A stretch of 64,000 nt of DNA, taken from NCBI GenBank assembly GCA_023249225.1, contig JAHFDA010000006.1, forward strand, positions 1,349-65,348. Reading direction: 5' to 3'. Below the pieces are notes generated by a model that saw nothing but the letters and a program-made list of their open reading frames with translations, had not been told where the DNA came from and searched no databases. The translations under genes were made by a program, and so were the position numbers. Positions 21,587 through 32,015 of this stretch are shown here, in pieces. This DNA is from a bacterium (GTDB lineage Bacteria; Margulisbacteria; Marinamargulisbacteria; JAHFDA01). The number at the start of each line of letters is the position of its first letter. The first letter of the stretch is position 1.

Positions 21587-24247
21587 ATGCGAATTCGTTT
21601 TTTAAAATGGTTGGCCGAATTTTCAACCGAAAATTACCAGGCAGTCTTGTTTATTGCGGCAGTGATATCCATTATTTGCGCCTTTATTGGTGCAGGCTTG
21701 CAGATACGCACCCAATGGGTGGACATGTTGCCCGAATCTCTGGCATCGGTCAAAGAATTTAACGCTATTATTGAAAATTTTGCGTCCGACTCCGATATCC
21801 TGGTGGTTCTGGAAGGGTCTCCGGAAACGCTAAAACAGGCGGCCGAAAGCCTGGCAGGAGCGCTGATACAAAATCGTACCTTAATCCGTTCGGTTGACTA
21901 CCGGGTGGATCGCGAGTTTTTAGAAAAACATGGACTGCTGCTGCAAGATGAGCAGGACATGGATACGTGGATGCAACTTTTTAAGAATCTTAACCTGACC
22001 GGAGTACTTCAAAGAACCAGTGGACTGATCGAACAAGGCCTGAAAGACGAGTCACAGTCCGATGATGCCGCCAAGGGCCGAATAGCCCAGCGGGGGATGG
22101 CCTGGCTTGAGGCCTGGCTCGGGTATTTTGAGCGCAGCTTGGATGGAAATCCCAGTTCACAGGAAGAACTGACCCAGTGGATGGAGCATACCTTTTACGG
22201 GGAGACATACTACTTTAATGCGCCACATAATCGCCTTATTCTGTTTGTGCGCCCGCAAAGCCCCGATCATAAAAATGCCCGGCAGATTAAGGGTCTGATA
22301 CAAAACGCATTGCAACCGTATCCGCAGGTGCAAGTAGGCCTGACCGGTGTTTACATGGTTTCCTATGAAGAACTGCAAACGATACGCGGCGATTTAAAAA
22401 CGAACTCTGTGCGTTCCCTGGTACTCATTCTGCTTATCTTTGTGTTGGCTTTTCGCATGCTGCTGGCGCCGTTGATTGCCAATCTGCCGGTGATCATGAG
22501 CATTTTGGTTACGCTGGCAGTGGTCCGCTATAGCGTGGGATATCTTAATCTCATTACATCGGTCTTTGGCATCATTTTGCTGGGTCTCGGGGGTGACTAT
22601 TCCATTCACATTCTGTCGCACGTCACTGACCCCGAAAAAGAAGGCGTCAAAATGTCCGAAAAAATCAAAGAAGCCTTTGTCACCTCTGGCCAAGGCATCA
22701 TTACCGGCTGCCTGACCAACAGCCTGGCTTTTTTTACCTTGATGCTGGCAGATTTCCGTGGCTTGTCTGAATTGGGTTTTACCACTGGTATTGGCATCAT
22801 CATTTGCATGAGTTGCGTGATGTGCGTTTTGCCGGCGTTGCTGATGTGGGAAAGTTCGCTGCATGGAAAGATTCCGAAATACCGCCATTTGAACCAGCGC
22901 CGCCCGCCTGCGGTGTCGTTTCAGTTTTTACAAACGTTGGGAGATAAACTTGTGCGTTACCGTTGGGCTGTGGTCGGCGTGATGCTGGCGCTGACGATTT
23001 TATTTTCGTACGAGGCCAGGCACATCACCTTTAACCGTAGCCGCACAGCCATTCAGCCTGAAAACATGCCCAGTGTTAAGGTGCTGAACCAAGTCATTGG
23101 CGATTTTGGCCTGTCGCCAGACGGTGCCCTGTTAAGTCTTAGCACCTTGCAGCAACTGCGTTACTACACGCACCAGTTTGAGCAATTGCCCGAAGTGGCC
23201 ATGGTTGACAGCGTGGTTCGGTATCTTCCTACGGTGGCAGACCAGGAAACCCGCTTGAAAAAAATTTCGGGATATCGGTTGACATTGCAAGCATCAAGCC
23301 AGGAACATCAAAGTTATTATCTTGAGAACCGCAGACAACTTTCGGAGGCCTTTGGAGACTTAAAAAAACGGTTGCTTGAGCTGGCTTCTATGGCCTATCT
23401 ACAAGGTGAATATGAAGCCAGTGATCGTGCCCAGCAGCTTGCCGATGGGGTGGTCACCACGCTTCAGGCCAAGGTCAATACACTGGGTTCACCACGTGGA
23501 ATCGATGCTTTTCAAGATGTTTTTGAAAAAAGTGCTCGTGCGTTTCTTTGGCGTGTGACGGATACACAGCCGGTGACTCCTGAAAACCTGCCTTACGCGA
23601 TCCAGCAGCGTTATATTGGCAAGGACGGAAAATTTCTTTTAGGTATCTTACCCAAAGAGGATGTATGGCAGGAGCCCTTTCAGACCAAATTTTTAAAAGC
23701 GGTTCAGGAGGTCAGTTCCCGGGTGACCGGAACCGTGGTGTTATTTTCGCAGTCGGTTAACCTGGCCACTCAAGAGGTGCGCTGGTGTACCTTGGCATCG
23801 TTTTTGACCATGGTGATTTTGCTATGGCTCGACTTTAAAAACCTGACCACCACGCTGGTGGCGCTTATACCACTTATTGTAGGAGTCTTGTGGATGCTTG
23901 GGATACTGCATTTGTGTGGCGTGGAATACAATGTGCTTAACATCATGGCGATTCCTTTAATTCTTGGCATCGGCATTGACAATGGTGTACACATGATCCG
24001 CCGTTACCTTATCGAAGGCCGGGGCAAGTTGGGCTTGGCCATGCATGGCAGCGGACGGGGGATTTTGCTTACCTCGGGAACAAATGTATGCGGCTTTGGT
24101 GCCTTGGCGATGTCGACGCATCCGGGCCTGGCCAGCTTTGGTTTGGTGCTTACGGTCGGTTTGCTTGCCACTTTGACGACAACGATGATTACATTGCCAG
24201 CGCTGATTGCGGTGTTTGAACAATTTAATATTTCACTCAAAGGCTAA
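21587..24247 (+). CDS. RND-superfamily exporter (MMPL/HpnN-like, 12 transmembrane segments)
   Basis: Two six-TM bundles are each preceded by large periplasmic loops. The MMPL-like repeat is LTNSLAFFTL... Confidence 0.75.
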   Translation: MRIRFLKWLAEFSTENYQAVLFIAAVISIICAFIGAGLQIRTQWVDMLPESLASVKEFNAIIENFASDSDILVVLEGSPETLKQAAESLAGALIQNRTLIRSVDYRVDREFLEKHGLLLQDEQDMDTWMQLFKNLNLTGVLQRTSGLIEQGLKDESQSDDAAKGRIAQRGMAWLEAWLGYFERSLDGNPSSQEELTQWMEHTFYGETYYFNAPHNRLILFVRPQSPDHKNARQIKGLIQNALQPYPQVQVGLTGVYMVSYEELQTIRGDLKTNSVRSLVLILLIFVLAFRMLLAPLIANLPVIMSILVTLAVVRYSVGYLNLITSVFGIILLGLGGDYSIHILSHVTDPEKEGVKMSEKIKEAFVTSGQGIITGCLTNSLAFFTLMLADFRGLSELGFTTGIGIIICMSCVMCVLPALLMWESSLHGKIPKYRHLNQRRPPAVSFQFLQTLGDKLVRYRWAVVGVMLALTILFSYEARHITFNRSRTAIQPENMPSVKVLNQVIGDFGLSPDGALLSLSTLQQLRYYTHQFEQLPEVAMVDSVVRYLPTVADQETRLKKISGYRLTLQASSQEHQSYYLENRRQLSEAFGDLKKRLLELASMAYLQGEYEASDRAQQLADGVVTTLQAKVNTLGSPRGIDAFQDVFEKSARAFLWRVTDTQPVTPENLPYAIQQRYIGKDGKFLLGILPKEDVWQEPFQTKFLKAVQEVSSRVTGTVVLFSQSVNLATQEVRWCTLASFLTMVILLWLDFKNLTTTLVALIPLIVGVLWMLGILHLCGVEYNVLNIMAIPLILGIGIDNGVHMIRRYLIEGRGKLGLAMHGSGRGILLTSGTNVCGFGALAMSTHPGLASFGLVLTVGLLATLTTTMITLPALIAVFEQFNISLKG

Positions 24248-25020
24248 TGCATATGGCAAACGTTGATCGCCCAGTCCGTTTCTTTTTAAGCTTACTCATG
24301 GTCGTTGTCTTTTTGTTGAGCAAGGCCTCTGCCAAATCGCTCCCGACAGCTGATCACCTGCTTGAAAAAATGCGTCAAAATTTTTCAATTACCGGACGTT
24401 ATGCTGAAGTTTCTATGAACGTGGTGCGTGGTAATCGATCGGAATACATCCATTTTGAAATATTTGCGGCGGATGCCAATCGCTTGCGTCTTGAGGTCAG
24501 CCGGCCACCACGCGTACAGGGGTCGGCCATTGTACGCAATGCTGCGCATTTGTGGGTGGCACTGCCGCGGCTTGAAAGTGTACGGCATTATCCGGTTAAA
24601 AGCGGAGCCTTTGGGGATCAGACGGTTTTTGGCAGCGATTTAAGGCTTTCAGATTTGTTTGGTAGTTTCGAGGGTTACCAGGCCACGGTGATGCAGGGGG
24701 GACACAGCGAGCCCTTGCAACTTATTCTTGTGGCCATCGACAAACAAACGCAGCTTACCGTCTTGCTGACTCCAGATGAATTGCCCGATACGATTACCGT
24801 GGAGGAATGGACGCAAGGCGATAAATATGTGCCAGTACGCCGCCTGCAGGCCTTGTCATGGCAAGGCCTCGACCGCAAGCGTTATCCGGATAAACTGGTG
24901 GTGACCGATCTGGTCAAACCCGACCGTTCCACGCGCGTTGAAATTCTTTATTGGGTTGAAGGACGTGAGTTTCCGGAAAACCTGTTTGAAAAACCAGAAG
25001 AACGCAACATCCAGCCATGA
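24247..25020 (+). CDS. LolA-like outer-membrane lipoprotein-sorting family protein (putative partner of the RND exporter)
   Basis: It has a signal peptide and the beta-rich pattern of the LolA-like family. The start codon abuts the RND stop. Confidence 0.45.
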   Translation: MHMANVDRPVRFFLSLLMVVVFLLSKASAKSLPTADHLLEKMRQNFSITGRYAEVSMNVVRGNRSEYIHFEIFAADANRLRLEVSRPPRVQGSAIVRNAAHLWVALPRLESVRHYPVKSGAFGDQTVFGSDLRLSDLFGSFEGYQATVMQGGHSEPLQLILVAIDKQTQLTVLLTPDELPDTITVEEWTQGDKYVPVRRLQALSWQGLDRKRYPDKLVVTDLVKPDRSTRVEILYWVEGREFPENLFEKPEERNIQP

Positions 25021-25721
25021 AGGCTGATACAAATTATTTTCGGATGCCACCCTTTATGGTGCGACACAGATTATTTGCTTTTGCCATTTCAGTGGCAATT
25101 GCGGTGTTGTATGCCGAAGCAGCCTGGTTTCTTCAAAAAATAAGCAATGTACCGCACACGGTTTTTGCGCTGTTAAACATTGCTTTGATCAGCGGTGCTG
25201 GATACCTGCTTTCGTTTTGGTTGCCGGCCCAGATTTTTCCGGAGTCCAAGCTGATTTCAAAAGAAGAGACTGGGATGATCCCTTTTTTAGCCAATCAGTG
25301 GGCAATTTCAGTCTTGTGTGTCGCCATCACCTCTGGGTTGGCCTGGCGACTGACCTTAAGCGTGGTAGTGGATAGCACAGCCATGGCAGATTACCAGTGG
25401 TTTGGACTTTTTTTTCTAAAGGCATTTTTTGGCGCGGTGTATGTGCATGGTTGTGTGACCTACATCCGGTATGTGGAATATTTATACGTGCGTCGTGAAG
25501 ACCAGCCCATCAAAATTTTAACGATTACCGCATCTCTGGCTGTGGTGAGCGTGGCAGTGGCGCTCATCTTGTTTTTTAGGGATCTCGACGGGCTAAACCA
25601 TCTACCGATGTGGTCAGACAGCAATGTCTGGGGGCTGCACATCTATTTTAGGGGTCTGTACTGGATTTCGTTGATGGCATGGGTATATCTTTGGCATATT
25701 GTTTGTCTAGCGGATCATTGA
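25017..25721 (+). CDS. Integral membrane protein, hypothetical
   Basis: It has about six hydrophobic helices and overlaps the upstream stop by 4 nt, which suggests it shares an operon with the RND exporter. Confidence 0.4.
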   Translation: MKADTNYFRMPPFMVRHRLFAFAISVAIAVLYAEAAWFLQKISNVPHTVFALLNIALISGAGYLLSFWLPAQIFPESKLISKEETGMIPFLANQWAISVLCVAITSGLAWRLTLSVVVDSTAMADYQWFGLFFLKAFFGAVYVHGCVTYIRYVEYLYVRREDQPIKILTITASLAVVSVAVALILFFRDLDGLNHLPMWSDSNVWGLHIYFRGLYWISLMAWVYLWHIVCLADH

Positions 25722-25799
25722 TTCTCTTTAGAAGATGGCTTCTAGATTATCCAGATTTTCAAATGCGACTTTCATTGCCTGGCACGTTAAATTGACCCC

Positions 25800-26414
25800 G
25801 TGCAGTACAAGCGGGTGGCGGGAGTCGAAGCAGATGTAATCCCCATTCTTCCAGAAATACAATTTGCGGGCGCGCGGTTTATCAAGGTGATAGGTATCGG
25901 AAGGCCTGTGTTTACGGTTAAGTATTTACATGTCGACGGAACGCATTCGTGGCTGCTTTGGCTGGCGCAAAGCAAGGATACACGCCAATTTCGTCTGGCG
26001 CTGGTCATGGGCCAGGGCGAGGCGTTGGTTTTTTCTGTGAATATTCCGTATGGTTCTGACCCTGAATTTTTTCTTGATCCACGCTTTGCGGTTAAAAAAG
26101 CCTTGCCGACGGGGGATCCTTTGCTGCGGTCTTGTGGTCAAACTTTTTTAAAATATACCCAGGTTTTGTTAGATGCCATGGCGCCAGCTAACATAGATGC
26201 ACACATGCAAACAGGCCTTTTACCTTTAAGGTTTACGCGTGAAAGCATTGGCCTGATTCAAAGTACGCTTGAGTCAGAAATTGGTTTTGGGCGGATGCGG
26301 CATTTTGTCAGTCTAGAAAGCATCGACAATACGGTGCGGCGCCTGCTTGTGGAGTTTCCGACACTGCGCGACCGGCTGGATGAAATGTTAAAAGAGCCGG
26401 TAAGAAATTTTTAA
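25800..26414 (+). CDS. Hypothetical protein
   Basis: A 204-aa ORF with a GTG start and no recognised motif. Confidence 0.3.
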   Translation: MQYKRVAGVEADVIPILPEIQFAGARFIKVIGIGRPVFTVKYLHVDGTHSWLLWLAQSKDTRQFRLALVMGQGEALVFSVNIPYGSDPEFFLDPRFAVKKALPTGDPLLRSCGQTFLKYTQVLLDAMAPANIDAHMQTGLLPLRFTRESIGLIQSTLESEIGFGRMRHFVSLESIDNTVRRLLVEFPTLRDRLDEMLKEPVRNF

Positions 26415-26420
26415 CCCCGG

Positions 26421-27452
26421 CTAAAACTTAATTTGTCTGATTTCCTGTGCCTTGTCTTTATGACAGACCAGCACACCGTCTTTGGTGGACACGATGATTA
26501 AATCTTTGACGCCGATGGTGGCCAATGGCACGCTGCTTTCGTTGATGATCATGCAGTCTTTGGTTTCGATCTGACGGACTGATCCCTGCACAATGTTTCC
26601 GTGTGCGTCCCTGCTGCGAATACTTTCCAACGCGGGCCAGCTGCCGATATCGTTCCAGTCAAACGTGGCTGGAACCACATACACGTTTGCGGCTTTTTCA
26701 AGCACGCCATAATCCACAGAAACAGAGGGCGTTTTAGGGAAAAGTTCTTTAAAAGTTTTCCACCAGATTTCGGGTTTGTCAGCGCTTTCGAGCGGTTTTA
26801 AGATTTTCATGAGTTCCGGCAAGTGCATGTACAGGCTTTCAAGGATACTGGATACTTTCCAGACAAAAATGCCACTGTTCCAAAAAAAATGCTTGCGGGC
26901 AAGATAACGTTTGGCGGTAGCGCTATCGGGTTTTTCATGAAAACCTTTAACGGCAAAGCCCCGGCCAGCAGTGCGCTCGGGATCAGCTTCGATGTAACCA
27001 AATCCGGTCTCGGCGCGGGTGGGTTTAATGCCCAGCGTGACGAGGCCCTTTGAAACCCGCGCCAGGGCATCGGCCTCTTTAAGACAGCGGTGAAATTTGG
27101 CGATGTCCGTTATCAAGTGATCGGCAGGCAAGACCACCATGGTTTCGTCGGGATGTTTGCGCCGCAGCCACAAGGCTGCCGCAGCGATGCAGGGCGCTGT
27201 ATTGCGTGCGGCGGGTTCAGCTACAATTTGATTTTCGGATAATTCTGGAATTTCACGGCCAACGGCTGACTGGATGCCTTCGCCGGTAAAAACATAAATG
27301 TTTTCGGAGGGCACCAGGTCTTTGATGCGCTGATACGTCAGTTGCAAAAGGGATCCATCGCCGGTCAGGTTTAGCAACTGTTTAGGGCGCGCGGGCGTCG
27401 ATAGCGGCCAGAAACGGGTGCCTGACCCGCCAGCCATAAGCACAACCAACAT
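26421..27452 (-). CDS. manC: Mannose-1-phosphate guanylyltransferase
   Basis: The N-terminus LMAGGSGTRFWPLSTPARPKQ is the NTP-transferase GxGxR motif typical of GMP/ManC. Confidence 0.8.
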   Translation of the reverse strand: MLVVLMAGGSGTRFWPLSTPARPKQLLNLTGDGSLLQLTYQRIKDLVPSENIYVFTGEGIQSAVGREIPELSENQIVAEPAARNTAPCIAAAALWLRRKHPDETMVVLPADHLITDIAKFHRCLKEADALARVSKGLVTLGIKPTRAETGFGYIEADPERTAGRGFAVKGFHEKPDSATAKRYLARKHFFWNSGIFVWKVSSILESLYMHLPELMKILKPLESADKPEIWWKTFKELFPKTPSVSVDYGVLEKAANVYVVPATFDWNDIGSWPALESIRSRDAHGNIVQGSVRQIETKDCMIINESSVPLATIGVKDLIIVSTKDGVLVCHKDKAQEIRQIKF

Positions 27453-28337
27453 TTAAAGAAATTCTGGCAGCTTGCGCTTGGCGGCGTCCACCGTATTTTT
27501 AAGCAACATGGCAATGGTCATGGGGCCAACACCACCGGGCACAGGTGTAATGAATTTTGCGCCCGGTTCCACTTCTTCAAAATTGACGTCGCCAATCAGC
27601 TTGCCATCCAGGTCGCGGTTAATGCCGACATCAATGACGGTGGCATTGGCCTTGATCATATTTTTTTCAATCAAACGCGGTTTTCCCGCCGCAGCAATGA
27701 CAATGTCACCGGTCTTAACCACTGACGCCAGATTTTTGGTATGGCTGTGGCAGATACTGACGGTGGCATGACGCTGCAAGAGCAGGTGAATCAGGGGTTT
27801 GCCAACAATATTGGAGCGGCCGACAATGACGGCTTGTTTGCCGTCGAGCGATTGCCCGGTTTGTTCAATGAGTTTCATGACCGCTGCCGGCGTGGGTGGA
27901 ATAAAGGGGCAGGGCAGGCCTGACATCAGTTTGCCTAAATTCATGGGATGAAAGCCATCGGCGTCTTTGCTGGGGTCAATGGCTTCGGCCACGGCTTGCG
28001 GGTCGATTTGTTTTGGCAGCGGCAATTGCACCAAAATGGCATGTACTTGTGGGTTGCGGTTTAAGTTGCCGATCAGTTCTAGCAAGTAAGTTTGGGTGAT
28101 ATTTTCCGCAAGATTATACGGAAACGAATGGATGCCTACTTCGGCGCAGGCCGCCTCTTTATTTTTAACGTAAACCTTGCTGGCGGGGTTGTCTCCAACC
28201 AGGATCACGGCCAAGCCAGGTGGCATGCCAAGGGCTTCACAGACCTGTTTGACTTCGCTTTTAAGGCGTTCCTTGATAAGTTTGGCAAGCGCCTTGCCAT
28301 CGAGCAGTTTACTGGGTGCCGAAATTGCAGTGGCCAT
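27453..28337 (-). CDS. folD: Bifunctional methylenetetrahydrofolate dehydrogenase/cyclohydrolase
   Basis: It has LDGKALAKLIKERLK, VGRSNIVGKP and PVPGGVGPMTIAMLL. Confidence 0.9.
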   Translation of the reverse strand: MATAISAPSKLLDGKALAKLIKERLKSEVKQVCEALGMPPGLAVILVGDNPASKVYVKNKEAACAEVGIHSFPYNLAENITQTYLLELIGNLNRNPQVHAILVQLPLPKQIDPQAVAEAIDPSKDADGFHPMNLGKLMSGLPCPFIPPTPAAVMKLIEQTGQSLDGKQAVIVGRSNIVGKPLIHLLLQRHATVSICHSHTKNLASVVKTGDIVIAAAGKPRLIEKNMIKANATVIDVGINRDLDGKLIGDVNFEEVEPGAKFITPVPGGVGPMTIAMLLKNTVDAAKRKLPEFL

Positions 28338-28340
28338 AGA

Positions 28341-31300
28341 TTAGCTTACCTTTTTTTCGGAGATGATTTTTCCGTCTTCGATTAATTTGACCGATACCAG
28401 ACTGCTGATACCTTTTTGTGGCATGGTGACACCATACAAGGTTTGTGCGGCAGCCATGGTGCGCTTGTTATGGGTGATGATGATCATCTGGGTGCTTTCA
28501 GTAAACTTTTTAAGTGCCCGAGTAAAGCGCCCCACATTGGCATCGTCTAACGGGGCGTCAATTTCGTCAAAAAGCACAAAGGGCGCTGGCCGGGTCTTGA
28601 GCAAGGCAAACAACAAGGCAATACCCGTCAGGGCCTTTTCCCCGCCAGACAACAGTTGCAGGCTGGTATTTTTCTTGCCAGGTGGATGCACCCACACGTC
28701 AATGTCGCAGCTTAAAATGTCGGCTTCTTCGGGCCACAGCAGACGGGCCTGTCCGCCTTCGAAAAGTTCCTGAAATGTTTCGCTGAAATGTTTTTGGATC
28801 TCGGTTAGGGTGCTGGTAAATTCGCGGCGTGCCAACTGATCAAGCTGCTGGACAAGCCGCTCGAGATCACGCTTGGCCTTGGTCAGGTCTTCCATTTGTT
28901 TTTCGTTAAATTCGGAGCGCTGCTTGAGCTCATTGTATTCGTCGATAGAAAGAAGATTTACGGGTTCCAGCCTTTTCATGTCGCGGCGGATACGCCGGAC
29001 ACGGGCCTCAACTTCGTCAAGCGATTCGGTCAGATCAGGCAGGTTAAGGACGTCTTCAAGGGTACTTTCATGTTCCTGCGCCAAAATGGCGGTCATGTGG
29101 GCCAGCTCTGATTCGACCTTGGCCAGTTCAATTTCAAGTTGTGTCAGCGCGGCGTTTTGTTGTTTTTGGCTGGCGTCGAGCAGACGGACGTCGTTTTGGA
29201 TTTGTTCAAGCGTTTGTTGGGTGGCCTGGCGCTGGGTTAAAAACTCCTTAAGGCGGCCTTCGCTTTGGGTTTTGATTGCTTCGGCCGGCGGAATTTGTGC
29301 GCCGACACGGGCTTGCTGGCTTTCGAGCTCGCCGTGCTGCTCGCCTAAGAGGGTAAGTTCATTTTGCTTGGCTTCGATCCAAGATGCGTACTGTTTCAAA
29401 CTTTGCATCAGTGAGCTTTGTTGCATGGCCAGTTGTTCGGCGCGGGTTTGGATTTCAGTCAATTCAATGCGTTTTTGCGTCAATTGCTCAACCTGAATTT
29501 CGCGTGCCCGTTCGATGGCCGAAACCTGCGACAAGAGCTCTGCAATGCTGGCCTGGGTTTCAGTTTTGTGGACGGCGCAGTCCTGCATTGCGGCCGTGAG
29601 GTGCCCAAGATCGCTGGTGAGTTTTTCAAGTGCCCGGTGGATTTCGGCCTGCTTGTCCTGGGCATTCTGACGGCGCTCTTGCAAGTCAATCTGGCGTAGT
29701 GTCAGGTTGCGTAGTTCTGACTCAAGCTCTGCATTAAGCAGGATCCGGCGCTGCTCCTGCAGGCGCAAATGATCCAGCTCAGCTTCAGACACCACGCGCG
29801 CCTGCCTAAGATCTGACAACCAGCGTTCTTTTTCTAAAAATTGAGCCTGGTGTACAGACACCGCCTCGCGCAGTTCTAAAATTTGGCGATGGCGCGTCAG
29901 GATATTGGCGGTACCCTGATGCACACTGCCGCCCGAGACCATGCCGTGCTTGTCGTAACGCGTGCCTGACAATGTAATGATGGCGCGAATGCCTGTGCGT
30001 ACGGCGGGCTGCTGCCACAGATCTGCCACGGGTGCTGAATCTTCAACAATGAGGATATCGTGCAACAGTTGAGTGGCGGTCTTTTCCAGGCTGGGATCAA
30101 ACTTGATCAGCGCAAGCGCTGTGCCAAGCACGCCTGGCAGGCCCTGCAATGCGGCCGCGTCAATGTAAGCATCCGGAAGGGATATGCGATCAAGGGGCAA
30201 AAAAGTCACACGGCCAAAATCGGCTGATTTAAGAAAGTCCAGGGCTTGTTCGGCAGCGGCAAGCGATGCCGTGGTGACGGCCTGAAGGTGTGGACCCAGG
30301 GCGGCTTCGATGGCCGCTTCGTAAGGCTCGGGCACCTGCAAGAGGTCGGCAAGAACGCCATGAATCTGCTTAAACTGCTCTGGTTGCGAACGCTTGGCCA
30401 GGATCAGGTTCTTGACACCCTTGATATAACCTTCGAGGCCATGCTGCATTTCTTCGAGTAGCGACAGGCGCGAACTGCTGATGTCGAGCAGTTCTTTGGC
30501 ATGGGCGCGTTCTTCGGCGGCCTGCTTGAGACCGGCGGTATTTTCGACCAGCTGTGCATGTTGGCCTTCGGCCAGACGCAAAAATTCTGACTGCTCTTTA
30601 AGGGACGCCTGTTTTTGGTTTTCAAGATCATGCATCTGCGATTGCAAGTTTTGGATTTCGTGCAGACATTTGTCGACCTCTAAAACACAAAACTGAAAAC
30701 TTTCTTCAAAACGTTGTTTGGCCGAACGCAATTCCACCAGGCCGTGTTCATGGTGGAGCAGTTCGGTTTCGTGTTGCATTAAATTCTGGCGCAGGGTTTC
30801 CTGGGCATGTATCTTTGTTTTCCACTGCTGGGTCAGTTCAGCCAGCGCTGTTTCTAGGATGACGACCGCTTGTATCGCCAAGGACTGTTGCGCACGGGCT
30901 TCGGCTTGTGCCTGCTCAAGCGTGGCGCTTTGGGCAGCTTGTTCGGCATGATGGCCCTGGGTTTTCTGCAGATCATGCTGGGCAAGTTTTTGCCGTTCTT
31001 GCAGGCCATAAAGGCGTTCGGCCAACACGTCTTTTTCTTTGTGCCATTGTGCCAGATCCTGCATTTGACGGCCAAGATTGAGTTGTATATCGGCAATGGA
31101 AGCTTCGAGATCTCCCAAGAGTTCGCGGCTATTTTTTTCGTCGCCCAAAAGCTGGGCGCAACGGGCTTCTTCAGCCTGAACCCGGGCATGAATGTGCTGC
31201 GCCTGGGTTTTGAGGTCGCCTTGTTGGCGATTTAAGCGCAGCGCTTTTTCTTTAAAAAGGCCAACTTCAAATTGCGTCAGCTCCTTGCGCAAACTGATAT

Positions 31301-31949
31301 AGGCCTGGGCTTTTTCGGCTTGTTCCTTAAGGGGCCCCAGGCGTGATTGCAGCTCGTTTTGTAGATCCAGCAGTCGGGTAAGATTTTCTTCGGTGCGCTG
31401 CAACTTACGCTCGGCGCTCTGGCGGCGGAACTGGTACTTATGAATGCCAGCCACCTCTTCAAACGCAGCACGGCGTTCGTCGGCCTTGGCTGAAATAAGC
31501 TGATCGACCTGGCCCTGGCCCACCATAAAATAAGAACTGCGGCCAATACCTGTGTCCATAAACAAATCGAGGATATCTCTAAGACGGCAAAGCTGGCCGT
31601 TAACAAAGTACTCGCTTTCGCCCGAACGGTAGAGTTTGCGCTGGATACTGACTTCCGGAAAATCCAAGGGCAGCATTTTTTTGCTGTTGTCGAGTGTCAG
31701 CGATACCGAAGCCATGCCCACCGCTTTTTCGGTGTCGGTACCATTAAAAATGACTTCCTCGGCTTTAGAAGAACGTAGCATTTTCATGCTTTGTTCTCCC
31801 AGCACCCAACGGATGGCGTCAAAGACGTTGCTTTTTCCGCAGCCGTTGGGCCCCACAATGGCCGTTAATTTTATTTCCTGGTTAAATTCGATATACGTGT
31901 GTTTAGCAAAGGTTTTAAAGCCGTTAACCTCTAATTTTTTTAGGTACAT
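28341..31949 (-). CDS. smc: Chromosome segregation protein SMC
   Basis: It has the N-terminal Walker A motif LTAIVGPNGCGKSN, a long coiled coil, a hinge, and the C-terminal LSGGEKALTGIALLFAL signature plus Walker B motif. Confidence 0.9.
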   Translation of the reverse strand: MYLKKLEVNGFKTFAKHTYIEFNQEIKLTAIVGPNGCGKSNVFDAIRWVLGEQSMKMLRSSKAEEVIFNGTDTEKAVGMASVSLTLDNSKKMLPLDFPEVSIQRKLYRSGESEYFVNGQLCRLRDILDLFMDTGIGRSSYFMVGQGQVDQLISAKADERRAAFEEVAGIHKYQFRRQSAERKLQRTEENLTRLLDLQNELQSRLGPLKEQAEKAQAYISLRKELTQFEVGLFKEKALRLNRQQGDLKTQAQHIHARVQAEEARCAQLLGDEKNSRELLGDLEASIADIQLNLGRQMQDLAQWHKEKDVLAERLYGLQERQKLAQHDLQKTQGHHAEQAAQSATLEQAQAEARAQQSLAIQAVVILETALAELTQQWKTKIHAQETLRQNLMQHETELLHHEHGLVELRSAKQRFEESFQFCVLEVDKCLHEIQNLQSQMHDLENQKQASLKEQSEFLRLAEGQHAQLVENTAGLKQAAEERAHAKELLDISSSRLSLLEEMQHGLEGYIKGVKNLILAKRSQPEQFKQIHGVLADLLQVPEPYEAAIEAALGPHLQAVTTASLAAAEQALDFLKSADFGRVTFLPLDRISLPDAYIDAAALQGLPGVLGTALALIKFDPSLEKTATQLLHDILIVEDSAPVADLWQQPAVRTGIRAIITLSGTRYDKHGMVSGGSVHQGTANILTRHRQILELREAVSVHQAQFLEKERWLSDLRQARVVSEAELDHLRLQEQRRILLNAELESELRNLTLRQIDLQERRQNAQDKQAEIHRALEKLTSDLGHLTAAMQDCAVHKTETQASIAELLSQVSAIERAREIQVEQLTQKRIELTEIQTRAEQLAMQQSSLMQSLKQYASWIEAKQNELTLLGEQHGELESQQARVGAQIPPAEAIKTQSEGRLKEFLTQRQATQQTLEQIQNDVRLLDASQKQQNAALTQLEIELAKVESELAHMTAILAQEHESTLEDVLNLPDLTESLDEVEARVRRIRRDMKRLEPVNLLSIDEYNELKQRSEFNEKQMEDLTKAKRDLERLVQQLDQLARREFTSTLTEIQKHFSETFQELFEGGQARLLWPEEADILSCDIDVWVHPPGKKNTSLQLLSGGEKALTGIALLFALLKTRPAPFVLFDEIDAPLDDANVGRFTRALKKFTESTQMIIITHNKRTMAAAQTLYGVTMPQKGISSLVSVKLIEDGKIISEKKVS

Positions 31950-32015
31950 ACATCACCCAATTTGCTTGTCACCATCAGAGAAATGACTTTCCGTATCATC
32001 CATTGTAACGTATTT

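Noticed and set aside
28873-29496. 207-aa plus-strand ORF and several other ORFs of 60-130 aa on the plus strand between 28.3 and 31.9 kb
   Set aside because: All lie antisense inside the SMC gene. Their Ser/Cys/Arg-rich composition is typical of antisense coiled-coil codons.
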